From an uncultured Clostridia bacterium (lineage in GTDB: Bacteria > Acidobacteriota > Aminicenantia > UBA2199), in NCBI GenBank assembly GCA_964465065.1, contig CAYXHZ010000005.1, positions 23,318 through 87,317 on the forward strand: DNA of 64,000 bases. Direction: 5' to 3'. Below the pieces are notes generated by a model, which searched no databases, was not told where the DNA came from, and was given only the letters and a program-made list of their open reading frames with translations. Shown here in pieces: positions 29,460-38,195 of this stretch. Each line of letters begins with the position of its first letter. Position 1 is the stretch's first letter. Made by a program: the position numbers and the translations under genes.

Positions 29460-30011
29460 ATGCTGTTTGCGCGCTTCAGGGTACCCAACGTCGAAAAGCT
29501 GATGAAGCGGCGCGACCTCTACGGTTTGATCAAAGCCTTACGTCATCCTTCCTCGATCGAAACCCGGATTGCGGCCGTTTATGCCCTGAAAAAAGATGAA
29601 CGGGCGGTTTTGCCCCTGACGTCCGCCGCCCTGGGCGATCCCCACGAATCGGTCAGGCTGGCCGCCCTGGAAGTCCTACGCGGTTTGACCTGGCCGCTGC
29701 ACAGGCACCTGGAGACGGGGCAGGATCCGCCCAAAATCGTCTCCGTTCTGCGGGTGGTCCAGCGCTTGGAGGATCAAAGCGCCGTTCCCCTGGTAATGAA
29801 ACGCCTGGCCGGGCAGGACGAACAGATCAGGAAGGCGGCGGCCGACGCCCTGTCGGCGATTGGCGACAGCCGCAACCTCACTCAGCTGGAGTCGCTCTAC
29901 AAACGGGAGGAGTCGGCGCTGGTCAAAGAGGCTATCGAAACTTGCCTGAGCGCTCTGCGTCAGCGTATTTACCGCACTCCGTCCTCATCCTCTTCCGGAT
30001 CCTCGTCCTGA
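29460..30011 (+). CDS. HEAT/PBS-lyase-like repeat protein
   Basis: Repeated HEAT-like units (..SSIETRIAAVYALKKD.., ..PHESVRLAALEVLRGL.., ..DEQIRKAAADALSAIGD..). ATG 29460 after a GGGAGATGGGGG RBS. Ser-rich C-tail overlaps the convergent neighbour. Confidence 0.55.
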   Translation: MLFARFRVPNVEKLMKRRDLYGLIKALRHPSSIETRIAAVYALKKDERAVLPLTSAALGDPHESVRLAALEVLRGLTWPLHRHLETGQDPPKIVSVLRVVQRLEDQSAVPLVMKRLAGQDEQIRKAAADALSAIGDSRNLTQLESLYKREESALVKEAIETCLSALRQRIYRTPSSSSSGSSS

Positions 30012-30433
30012 TCGTCCTGGGCATCTGCGTCCTCATCGGATCGGGGATCGAGAAAGCGGGACATATCGCGCCGTTCTTTTTTGCTGGGGCGGCCGCTGCC
30101 GGGTTCCCGGACGGCGAACAGGACGGACAAAGGGTCGCGGCGGATGAGTTCGAGCCGTTCCAGGTCGGCCGGATCCGTCTCTTCCCGGACGGCGCCGGCG
30201 GCCAGCTTGGCGCCGACTCTCTTTTCGATCGTCGCCACAACCCGGTAAATCCGGTCGATACCTGGAAAGGAAACGGTGACCAGATCGTCGGTCTTGACTG
30301 TTTTGGACGATCTGACCTGAACACCGTTCAGGCGCACGGCGCCTTTCCTGCAGGCCGTGTTCGCCAGGCTGCGCGTTTTGAATATGCGCACCGCCCAGAG
30401 CCATTTATCGATTCGTACGTCCATGCTTGCCAT
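29969..30433 (-). CDS. S4-domain RNA-binding protein, Hsp15/HslR-like
   Basis: MDVRIDKWLWAVRIFKTRSLANTACRKGAVRLNGVQVRSSKTVKTDDLVTV is the S4 fold as in Hsp15. Long acidic C-terminal tail. Confidence 0.7.
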   Translation of the reverse strand: MASMDVRIDKWLWAVRIFKTRSLANTACRKGAVRLNGVQVRSSKTVKTDDLVTVSFPGIDRIYRVVATIEKRVGAKLAAGAVREETDPADLERLELIRRDPLSVLFAVREPGSGRPSKKERRDMSRFLDPRSDEDADAQDDQDEDPEEDEDGVR

Positions 30434-30660
30434 TCTATGCCACCGAGCGGGGAACTGGCAAGGGGGAGCTTACCCGGCGGAGTCGAGCTTTTTAGCGTAA
30501 TTTTTTTTTATGGGGGGTTGGCCCGTGCGCAATCGCAGCCGCGATGAAACGGACGTTTATCAAGGCTTCCAGTTTTTTTGACGCTGTACGTTTTTTCGAC
30601 ATCGCCCGCTAGATATGGGGAAATTTTTTTTAAAAAGCTCTATATCTTGTGTTTTCACCC

Positions 30661-30690
30661 TTGACTTTTACAGATTCAAAAGTCTATACT
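30661..30690 (+). promoter_or_regulatory. candidate sigma70 promoter of nrdD (TTGACT-N18-TATACT) with a possible NrdR box upstream
   Basis: TTGACT at 30661-30666 and TATACT at 30685-30690. gctctatatcttgtgt (30637-30652) matches 12/16 of the NrdR-box consensus acaCwAtATaTwGtgt, recalled from the literature. Confidence 0.3.
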
Positions 30691-30718
30691 TCTGGTGCAG
30701 ACAGTATGGAGAGGATGG

Positions 30719-32821
30719 ATGGATAATCAGTTTCAGATTCAGAAAAGAGACGGCCGTTATGTACCATTTGAATTGAATAAAATTGAAATGGCCATCGCCA
30801 AGGCCTTCCGGGCCACCGGCCAGAAAGACCCGGAACGGGTCCGGCTCATGGGGCAGGCCGTTTTCGCCGAATTGAAGATCCGTTACTTCGATCATCAGCT
30901 GGTTCCGGGGGTTGAAGAGGTTCAGGATCTGGTCGAAGGGCAGCTCATCCGCGAGAATCTGGCCGCCACCGCCAAAGCCTACATTCTCTACCGGGAAAAG
31001 CGGGCCGAGATGCGCGATATCCGCCAGAATTTTCTCGACGGCGTCAAAGTCGTCGACGATTACCTGCAGATGAACGACTGGCGGGTAAAAGAGAATTCCA
31101 ACATGTCCTATTCCCTGCAGGGGCTCAATCACCACATCTCTTCCAAACTGGTGGCCAAATACTGGCTGCGCAAGCTGTTCCCACTGGACGTGCGCCTGGC
31201 TCACGAGGAGGGGGATGTTCATATTCATGATCTCGGCGTTCTGGGGCCGTACTGCGTCGGTTGGGATCTGGAGGACCTGCTGCGGGTTGGTTTCACCGGG
31301 GCCAAAGGCAAGGTCGAATCCAAGCCGGCGCGGCATTTCCGTACCGCCCTGGGCCAGATTGTCAACTTTTTCTATACTCTCCAGGGCGAAGCCGCCGGCG
31401 CCCAGGCTTTCTCCAATTTCGACACCCTGTTGGCGCCGCTGGTGCACTATGACGAACTGGATTACCAGGAAGTCAAGCAATGCATGCAGGAATTCGTTTT
31501 CAACCTGAACGTGCCGACCCGGGTCGGATTCCAGACTCCGTTCACCAACATCACCATGGACCTGGTACCGCCGTCGACTCTGGCCGACAAGCCGGTCATC
31601 GTCGCCGGTCAGGAACAGGAGCGGACCTACAAGGATTTCATCGCCGAAATGGACATGATCAACCGCGCCTTTGCCGAGGTGATGATGGCCGGGGACGCCA
31701 AAGGCCGCATTTTCACCTTTCCGATACCGACCTACAATATCGGCAACGATTTCGACTGGGACAGCGATCAGCTCAAACCGATCTGGGAGATGACCGCCAA
31801 GTACGGCATTCCGTATTTCGCCAATTTCGTCAATTCGGATATGAAGCCGGAGGACGCCCGGTCGATGTGCTGTCGGTTGCGCCTGGACAACCGGGAACTG
31901 TGGAAACGGGGCGGCGGGCTGTTCGGCGCCAATCCGCTGACCGGATCGATCGGCGTGGTCACCATCAACCTGCCGCGCATCGGCTATCGGGCCAAGACCC
32001 GGGAGCAGTTCTACAACATTCTGGACCGTCTGATCGATATCGGCGTCGACGCTTTGGAAATCAAGCGCAAGAACATCGAGCGTTTTACTCACCTGCAACT
32101 GTATCCGTTCACCAAATTCTACCTGCGGTCCATAAAGGAAACCCACGGTTGTTACTGGAAATTCCATTTTTCGACCATCGGCATCGTCGGCATGAACGAG
32201 GCCCTGCTCAACTTCATGGGCAAACCGATCACCGACTCCGAGGGCAAGGCTTTCGCGCTCGAGGTTCTCGATCATATGCGCCAGCGTCTGGCCGATATTC
32301 AGGAAGAAACGGGCAACATGTACAATCTGGAGGCGACGCCTGCCGAAGGGGCCGCCTACCGCCTGGCGCGCATCGACCGGGAAAAAATGCCGGACATCGT
32401 CAGCTCGGGGGTCAAGGAACCGTATTACACGAATTCGGTACACGCCCCGGTGGAGAGCTACGACGATCTGTTCGAGCTGTTGGCCCACCAGGATGAACTT
32501 CAGGTCAAATTCACCGGTGGTACGGTGGTGCACCTGTTTTTCGGCGAAAACATCCAGGACTGGCGTACGGTCAGGTCGCTGACCCGAAAAATAACCAACC
32601 GTTTCCGGCTGCCCTATTTTTCGTTCACACCCACTTTCTCCATATCTCCGGCCTCCGGTTATATCCCGGGCATCCACACCTTCGACCCGATGGTGCAGGA
32701 TCCGGCCGATTTCGAACGGTACGGGGTGTTGATGGAGATGGACGAGGACGAACTGGAAAACATGCCGTCCGGGTCCTACCTCGTGATCCATGACGACGAC
32801 GAGAAGATGCCGATTCAGTGA
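30719..32821 (+). CDS. nrdD: anaerobic ribonucleoside-triphosphate reductase (class III RNR) catalytic subunit, lacking the glycyl-radical segment
   Basis: ATP-cone N-terminus (YVPFELNKIEMAIAKAF..). NrdD core blocks (MCCRLRLDNRELWKRGGGLFGANPLTGSIGVVTINLPRIGY, KFTGGTVVHLFFGE). ATG 30719 after GGAGAGG. Ends in the acidic ..VIHDDDEKMPIQ*. No C-terminal RVxGY glycyl-radical motif in this ORF. Confidence 0.85.
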   Translation: MDNQFQIQKRDGRYVPFELNKIEMAIAKAFRATGQKDPERVRLMGQAVFAELKIRYFDHQLVPGVEEVQDLVEGQLIRENLAATAKAYILYREKRAEMRDIRQNFLDGVKVVDDYLQMNDWRVKENSNMSYSLQGLNHHISSKLVAKYWLRKLFPLDVRLAHEEGDVHIHDLGVLGPYCVGWDLEDLLRVGFTGAKGKVESKPARHFRTALGQIVNFFYTLQGEAAGAQAFSNFDTLLAPLVHYDELDYQEVKQCMQEFVFNLNVPTRVGFQTPFTNITMDLVPPSTLADKPVIVAGQEQERTYKDFIAEMDMINRAFAEVMMAGDAKGRIFTFPIPTYNIGNDFDWDSDQLKPIWEMTAKYGIPYFANFVNSDMKPEDARSMCCRLRLDNRELWKRGGGLFGANPLTGSIGVVTINLPRIGYRAKTREQFYNILDRLIDIGVDALEIKRKNIERFTHLQLYPFTKFYLRSIKETHGCYWKFHFSTIGIVGMNEALLNFMGKPITDSEGKAFALEVLDHMRQRLADIQEETGNMYNLEATPAEGAAYRLARIDREKMPDIVSSGVKEPYYTNSVHAPVESYDDLFELLAHQDELQVKFTGGTVVHLFFGENIQDWRTVRSLTRKITNRFRLPYFSFTPTFSISPASGYIPGIHTFDPMVQDPADFERYGVLMEMDEDELENMPSGSYLVIHDDDEKMPIQ

Positions 32822-32868
32822 ACAAGTCCGTGTAACGATATGACGACGATGACGATGAGGAGGAGACG

Positions 32869-33054
32869 ATGATCAATCCGCGTGAGGAACTGCTCAAGGA
32901 CAAGAAGAAAGTACTGGTAAAAGTCATCCCGACTGAAGTCTACTCTCGGGTTGTCGGTTATTACCGCCCCATTCAGAACTGGAATAAAGGCAAGGTGGAG
33001 GAGTTCAGCCACCGGCAGATGATCGATCCCAAACGGATCGACCTGGACGACTGA
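32869..33054 (+). CDS. small ORF encoding the NrdD C-terminal glycyl-radical motif (frame open from 32836)
   Basis: MINPREELLKDKKKVLVKVIPTEVYSRVVGYYRPIQNWNKGKVEEFSHRQ aligns with the E. coli NrdD C-terminus RRVCGYLG..FNAGKQEEVKRR, whose Gly is the radical site. It lies 48 nt after the nrdD stop, in a different frame, across an acidic-codon repeat. Confidence 0.55.
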   Translation: MINPREELLKDKKKVLVKVIPTEVYSRVVGYYRPIQNWNKGKVEEFSHRQMIDPKRIDLDD

Positions 33055-33075
33055 GTCCGGCGCGGGCGCGGCGAG

Positions 33076-33825
33076 TTGGGCTGGATCAAAGGATTTGTCG
33101 GCCTTTCCCTGATAGACTACCCCGATAAAATCGCGGCGGCAGTCTTTTGCGGGGGCTGCCCGTTTCGTTGCCCTTTCTGTCACAACGTCAAACTGGTGCT
33201 GGATCCGGCCGGGTTGCCGGATTATCGTGAAGACGATATCCTGGCGCGTCTGGAATCGCGATGCGGTTTCTGCGACGGGGTGGTGATCAGTGGCGGGGAG
33301 CCGCTGATGCATCCCGGTCTGGAACTTTTCGTCCGCAAACTGAAAAGCCTGGGCTTTTCGGTCAAACTGGATACCAACGGTTATTATCCGGAACCGCTGG
33401 CCCGTTTGCTGGACAGCGGACTCCTCGATTTCGTATCCATGGACCTCAAGTCCACAGTTAAAAAATACGCTCAGGCCGCCGGGGTTCAGATCGACTGGTG
33501 GCGTATCGAACGCGCCATCACCCTGCTCAACCGCAGCCAGGTAAAGCACGAGTTCCGCACCACCCTGGTACCGGGTCTGGTGAACCGGGCGGACCTGGTC
33601 GAGATGGCTTTGATTCTGGGGCAAAGCGCTCCCTGGGTGTTGCAGCCGTTCCGGCCGTTGAGCACACTGGAACCCGGTTATACGCGGCTGGCTCCTTACA
33701 GCGAGGCCGAGACTGGCGAACTGTTGCGCCAGGCGCAGACGCTCAAGGCCAATGTCAGCGTCCGGCTCGATTTCGATCCAGCCGACCGGCACTTCAACCA
33801 GAAGGCCGTGTCGATCACCGCCTGA
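33076..33825 (+). CDS. nrdG: anaerobic ribonucleotide reductase activating protein (radical SAM)
   Basis: SLIDYPDKIAAAVFCGGCPFRCPFCHN carries the CxxxCxxC radical-SAM cluster motif in the NrdG context (GGEPLMH..). TTG start. Confidence 0.85.
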   Translation: MGWIKGFVGLSLIDYPDKIAAAVFCGGCPFRCPFCHNVKLVLDPAGLPDYREDDILARLESRCGFCDGVVISGGEPLMHPGLELFVRKLKSLGFSVKLDTNGYYPEPLARLLDSGLLDFVSMDLKSTVKKYAQAAGVQIDWWRIERAITLLNRSQVKHEFRTTLVPGLVNRADLVEMALILGQSAPWVLQPFRPLSTLEPGYTRLAPYSEAETGELLRQAQTLKANVSVRLDFDPADRHFNQKAVSITA

Positions 33826-33854
33826 AATTCAAACGATGGTAAAAAGAGGCAAGC

Positions 33855-36800
33855 ATGTCCGTGTTTGACCAAACCCCTGTCTTCACTACTGTGGAATTGC
33901 TACCGATCCTGCAGGCGAATTACGGCCTGGAAGGGGACTTGACGAGCCTGCCTTCCGAGCGGGACCAGAACTTTCGGCTGAGCTGCCGGGATGGACGGCG
34001 GTATGTCGTGAAAATCGCCAATGCCGCAGAGGATCTGGCCGCGCTGGATTTCCAGAACCGGGTGCTGAACCGGCTCGCTACCGTTCTGGAGCTGACGCCG
34101 CGACTCCTGTCGACTCTCGATGGCCGGCAGATCTGCGAGGTCCCGGGATCGGATGGCCGAGGTCGGCACCTGCTGAGGGTGCTGAGTTTTCTGCCCGGAG
34201 AGCCGCTGGCCCGCTGCCCGATCCATTCGCCGGCGCTGCTGGGAGATTTGGGACGGACTCTGGCCGAAGTGGACCGGGCGCTGGCGGAATTGGGTGAAAA
34301 CCCGTTTCACGAGGATTTCCCCTGGCATCCGGACCAGGCTTTCGCCGTCATCGCCGAACATGCCGGTAAAATCAGCGAGCCTGGGTTGCGGCGAAAAATC
34401 CGTGTTTTCGCCGGGGAAGCCCGCGAACGTCTGCAAACCGTATGGTCCGAATTGCCGCGCAGTCTGATCTACAACGACGCCAACGACTACAACGTACTGG
34501 TCCAGCGGCAGCGGGTCAGCGGCCTGATCGATTTCGGCGATCTGGTCTACGGCAGCACCGTAGCCGACCCTGCGGTGGCCTGCGCCTACGCCGTTCTGGG
34601 CAAGTCCGATCCGCTGGCGGCCATTCTGCCGATCGTAAGCGCCTACCATCGGGTCCGGCCGCTCGCTGGCAACGAGATCGCCGCCCTGATCGACCTGTTG
34701 CGCCTGCGCTTGTGCGTCAGTGTCTGCCTGGCCGCCTGGCAGAGGCGGCGACGGCCACAGGATGAGTATCTGTTCATCAGTCAGCAGCCGATCATGGCCG
34801 CGCTGCCCGGTCTGCTGAGCCTGAACTACGGCCTGACCCTGGCCCGTTTGCGTCAGGCCTGTGATGCAGACCCTCTGGAGAATGCCCGGGGCGTTTTGGA
34901 CTGGCTGCAGCGGGAGAGAGACCGGAACGGGTTTGCGCCGGTCGTTGAAGCTGATTGGTCCGGTCATAAGCTGAAGGTGCTGGACCTGAGTATCGCCAGT
35001 CCGCTGTATCAGGGGGATCCGCAGCGAAACGGCGAGGCGGAACTGACAGCCCGCATCCAGGCCGAAACGGACGGCGCACAGCCAGGAGTCGGCCGTTACG
35101 ACGAGGCCAGGTTGCTCTACGTTTCCCCCCTGTTTCAGACCGGCCCGACCGGTACCGAAGCGCGGACGGTGCACCTGGGTGTCGACCTGTTCATGCCTCC
35201 GGGTACAGCGGTATTCGCCCCGCTGGACGGTGTGGTGCACGCTTTCGCCCGCAACCGCGCCCGGCTCGATTATGGTCCGGTGATCATTCTGAAGCATCGC
35301 GATCCGCATGGCCGGACTTTTTATACGCTGTACGGCCATCTCAGCCCGGCTTCGCTGCGCGGGCTTCACATCGGTAAAGTCATTCCCAAAGGCGAGCGCT
35401 TTGCCCGGCTCGGTACGGCCGAAGTGAACGGCGGCTGGACGCCGCACCTGCATTTCCAGATCATATTGGACCTGTTCGGACTGGGAACCGATTTTCCGGG
35501 AGTGGCCAGGCCAAGCGAAAGGGAATTCTGGTGCACCGTGTCGCCGGACCCCAACCTGATTCTGGGCATACCCCACGATGCTTTTCCGGCGCCCGACCCC
35601 GACCGCAGCCAGACACTGGCGGCGCGCAAGCGCTACATCGGCCCCAGCCTGTCCATCGGCTACCAGGAACCGGTCAAGCTTGTCCGAGGCTGGATGCAGT
35701 ACCTCTACGACGAAAACGGCCGCCGATATCTGGACTGCTACAACAACGTGCCCCATGTCGGCCACTGCCACCCGAAAGTGGTGGAGGCAATACGTCGCCA
35801 GACAGGCCTTCTCAACACCAACACCCGCTATCTTCACGACCATATCAATGCATTTGCCGAAAAGCTGACGGCCACCCTGCCCGAAAAGCTGCAGGTATGC
35901 TACTTTCTCAACTCGGCCAGCGAGGCCAACGAACTGGCTCTGCGTCTGGCCCGGACTGTCACCGGCCGCCGCGACATGATCGTTCTGGAAGCCGCTTATC
36001 ACGGCCATACTTCGTCGTTGATCGACATCAGCCCCTACAAGCACGACGGTCCCGGAGGCCTGGGGGCACCGGACTGGGTGCATGCGGCTCCGTTGGCCGA
36101 TGTCTACCGCGGCCGCTACAAGGCCGACGATCCCCGGGCCGGGGCAAAGTACGCCGCCGCTGTGGCTGAGATATTGGCAGGCATGCGCCGCAACGGCCGG
36201 GCACCGGCCGGCTTCATCGCCGAGAGCTGTCCCAGCGTCGGCGGGCAGATATTTTTTCCTGCAGGCTATCTCGCGGAGGTGTACCGGCTGGTCCGCGCCG
36301 CCGGAGGCGTATGCATCGCCGACGAGGTGCAGACCGGTTACGGCCGCATCGGCAACGGATTTTACGCCTTCGAAACTCAGGGCGTCGAGCCGGATATGGT
36401 CGTACTGGGCAAGCCCATCGGCAACGGTCACCCCCTGGCTGCCCTGGTCACCACCCGGGAGATCGCCGACGCTTTCCACAACGGCATGGAATTTTTCAGC
36501 ACCTTCGGCGGCAATCCGGTGTCCTGCCTGGTCGGCGCCACCGTTCTCGACGTGGTCCTGGAAGAACGTTTGCAGGCGCACGCCCTGGAAACGGGAAACC
36601 ACCTGCTTGCCGGATTGCGACCGCTGAAGGAGAAACACGTCGTTGTCGGCGACGTCCGCGGCAGCGGCCTGTTTCTCGGAGTCGAGCTGGTGCGCGACCG
36701 CAGGACCCTGGAACCGGCCGACAGCGAGGCGGCCTACGTGGTGAACCGGCTGCGGCAGGAGGGCATCCTGCTGGGCAGCGACGGTCCCTTTCACAACGTG

Positions 36801-36887
36801 ATCAAGATCCGCCCGCCCATGCCCTTCGATACCTCAGACGCCGATTTCCTGGTCTCGGTTCTCGACCAGGTTCTCGGCGAACTGTAG
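33855..36887 (+). CDS. tri-domain fusion: APH-family kinase (hydroxylysine/homoserine-kinase-like) - M23 peptidase-like domain - class III aminotransferase-fold PLP enzyme
   Basis: N-terminus: phosphotransferase catalytic loop YNDANDYNVLV..IDFGD. Middle: M23 HxxxD and HxH (HLGVDLFMPPGTAVFAPLDGVV..YGHLS..GWTPHLHFQI). C-terminus: class-III AT (VPHVGHCHPKVV..; ..IADEVQTGYGRIGNGFYAFE..; FSTFGGNPVS). This is the domain pair of hydroxylysine kinase plus phospho-lyase (AGXT2L-type). Confidence 0.75.
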   Translation: MSVFDQTPVFTTVELLPILQANYGLEGDLTSLPSERDQNFRLSCRDGRRYVVKIANAAEDLAALDFQNRVLNRLATVLELTPRLLSTLDGRQICEVPGSDGRGRHLLRVLSFLPGEPLARCPIHSPALLGDLGRTLAEVDRALAELGENPFHEDFPWHPDQAFAVIAEHAGKISEPGLRRKIRVFAGEARERLQTVWSELPRSLIYNDANDYNVLVQRQRVSGLIDFGDLVYGSTVADPAVACAYAVLGKSDPLAAILPIVSAYHRVRPLAGNEIAALIDLLRLRLCVSVCLAAWQRRRRPQDEYLFISQQPIMAALPGLLSLNYGLTLARLRQACDADPLENARGVLDWLQRERDRNGFAPVVEADWSGHKLKVLDLSIASPLYQGDPQRNGEAELTARIQAETDGAQPGVGRYDEARLLYVSPLFQTGPTGTEARTVHLGVDLFMPPGTAVFAPLDGVVHAFARNRARLDYGPVIILKHRDPHGRTFYTLYGHLSPASLRGLHIGKVIPKGERFARLGTAEVNGGWTPHLHFQIILDLFGLGTDFPGVARPSEREFWCTVSPDPNLILGIPHDAFPAPDPDRSQTLAARKRYIGPSLSIGYQEPVKLVRGWMQYLYDENGRRYLDCYNNVPHVGHCHPKVVEAIRRQTGLLNTNTRYLHDHINAFAEKLTATLPEKLQVCYFLNSASEANELALRLARTVTGRRDMIVLEAAYHGHTSSLIDISPYKHDGPGGLGAPDWVHAAPLADVYRGRYKADDPRAGAKYAAAVAEILAGMRRNGRAPAGFIAESCPSVGGQIFFPAGYLAEVYRLVRAAGGVCIADEVQTGYGRIGNGFYAFETQGVEPDMVVLGKPIGNGHPLAALVTTREIADAFHNGMEFFSTFGGNPVSCLVGATVLDVVLEERLQAHALETGNHLLAGLRPLKEKHVVVGDVRGSGLFLGVELVRDRRTLEPADSEAAYVVNRLRQEGILLGSDGPFHNVIKIRPPMPFDTSDADFLVSVLDQVLGEL

Positions 36888-37061
36888 AGGCCAGGTACTG
36901 ATTAGAATCATTGGCAGGCGCTGACGATGGCAATCGGCCGGGAATCGATCGGATTCGAATTTAGCTTCCAAATAAAAATATTTCATACAAGTAACCTTCG
37001 GACGGCTTTTGAGCGTATTCTAGGCCTACGGCTTTATACATCCCAAGCATAGGAGATGACA

Positions 37062-38171
37062 ATGGCTTCACATGCGGCGGCTTGTATTATTTGTGTTGTC
37101 ACGATCGGTATGATGGGAATTTTTCCAATATCCGCTTCACAAAATGTGAGACAGGACAGTATCTGCCTTGTGTTTGACTCCAGCGAGGCCGAGCGGGTAC
37201 TGTCTCTGCTGCAGCTGCGCCGATCCGGACGGGATATCCCGGAGTCGGAGTGGCAAAAGCTCTTTACCTGCAGGCCGTACCTGCGGTTGAAGAAGCGTGA
37301 AGCGTTCATCGGCGAGATGTTTCGAAACCCGAAAAACGTATTTGATGATGAAGACTTCAAGAAATTTATCTTGAGTGAATCACTACTGCTGCGATACCAG
37401 GAACTTCGGAAAGCCCTGGAGCGATGGGGAAAGGTGGATCTGGAGCGCACTGCATACCGGGTTCTGCAATACCTGCCGAAAGGTGCGGTGATACACAGTT
37501 CTGTGTATCCGATGATCAAGCCCAGAGAGAATTCGTTTGTCTGGGAGATGGACACCGATCCGGCCATATTTCTATATCTGGCTCCCGAAATTAGCGGAGA
37601 GAAATTTGAAAACACGGTTGCTCATGAGATGCACCACATTGGTTTGTCCAGTTTGGAAGATGAATATAATAAAAAGATCGAGTCTCTGGATGATAAGGCA
37701 AAAAGTGCAGCCCGATGGATGGGGGCTTTCGGAGAAGGATTCGCCATGCTGGCCGCCGCCGGTGGACCTGACTGCCATCCGCATTCGGTCAGCTCCATCG
37801 AGGAACGGAATCGCTGGAACGGCGACATGGCCAATTTCGCCCATGACCTGCGCGAAGTGGAGGCCTTTTTTCTGTCTATTGTCAACGGAGATTTTGCCGA
37901 TGATGAAGCCGTAACTGCAAAAGGATCGAGTTATTTCGGTGTTCAGGGCGCCTGGTACACTGTGGGATATAAAATGGCTGTGACCGTGGAAAAATGCTAC
38001 GGCCGCAAACTGCTGCTGGAAACGATGCTCGATCCTCGTTTGCTATTGATCCATTACAATCGGGCGGTACAAGAGTTGAACTCCAAATGCGAATCTCCTT
38101 TGCCGCTTTGGTCTCAGGAAATTTTATATAAGACTTTTCCACAGTGGGAAAAAGGGGACATCACTCGGTAA
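37062..38171 (+). CDS. DUF5700-like putative zinc metallopeptidase (HEMHH motif)
   Basis: Signal-like N-terminus and HExxH zincin motif (NTVAHEMHHIGL). The gene lies in a segment with visibly lower GC than its flanks. ATG 37062 is 6 nt after AGGAG. Confidence 0.55.
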   Translation: MASHAAACIICVVTIGMMGIFPISASQNVRQDSICLVFDSSEAERVLSLLQLRRSGRDIPESEWQKLFTCRPYLRLKKREAFIGEMFRNPKNVFDDEDFKKFILSESLLLRYQELRKALERWGKVDLERTAYRVLQYLPKGAVIHSSVYPMIKPRENSFVWEMDTDPAIFLYLAPEISGEKFENTVAHEMHHIGLSSLEDEYNKKIESLDDKAKSAARWMGAFGEGFAMLAAAGGPDCHPHSVSSIEERNRWNGDMANFAHDLREVEAFFLSIVNGDFADDEAVTAKGSSYFGVQGAWYTVGYKMAVTVEKCYGRKLLLETMLDPRLLLIHYNRAVQELNSKCESPLPLWSQEILYKTFPQWEKGDITR

Positions 38172-38195
38172 TCCGTCCAGTAAAAATCTGAAACT

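Noticed and set aside
30680-30697. Second NrdR box (gtctatacttctggtg) partnered with the first
   Set aside because: It matches only the central CTATA. Its spacing from the first box (about 44 bp) is not the canonical phased pair. Kept only as a weak note under the promoter finding.
30668-36794. Two very long minus-strand ORFs (707 aa and 964 aa) antisense to nrdD and to the kinase/M23/aminotransferase fusion
   Set aside because: Long open antisense frames are expected at this GC content. The plus-strand products carry unmistakable NrdD and APH/M23/AT-III motifs, and the antisense products are low-complexity.
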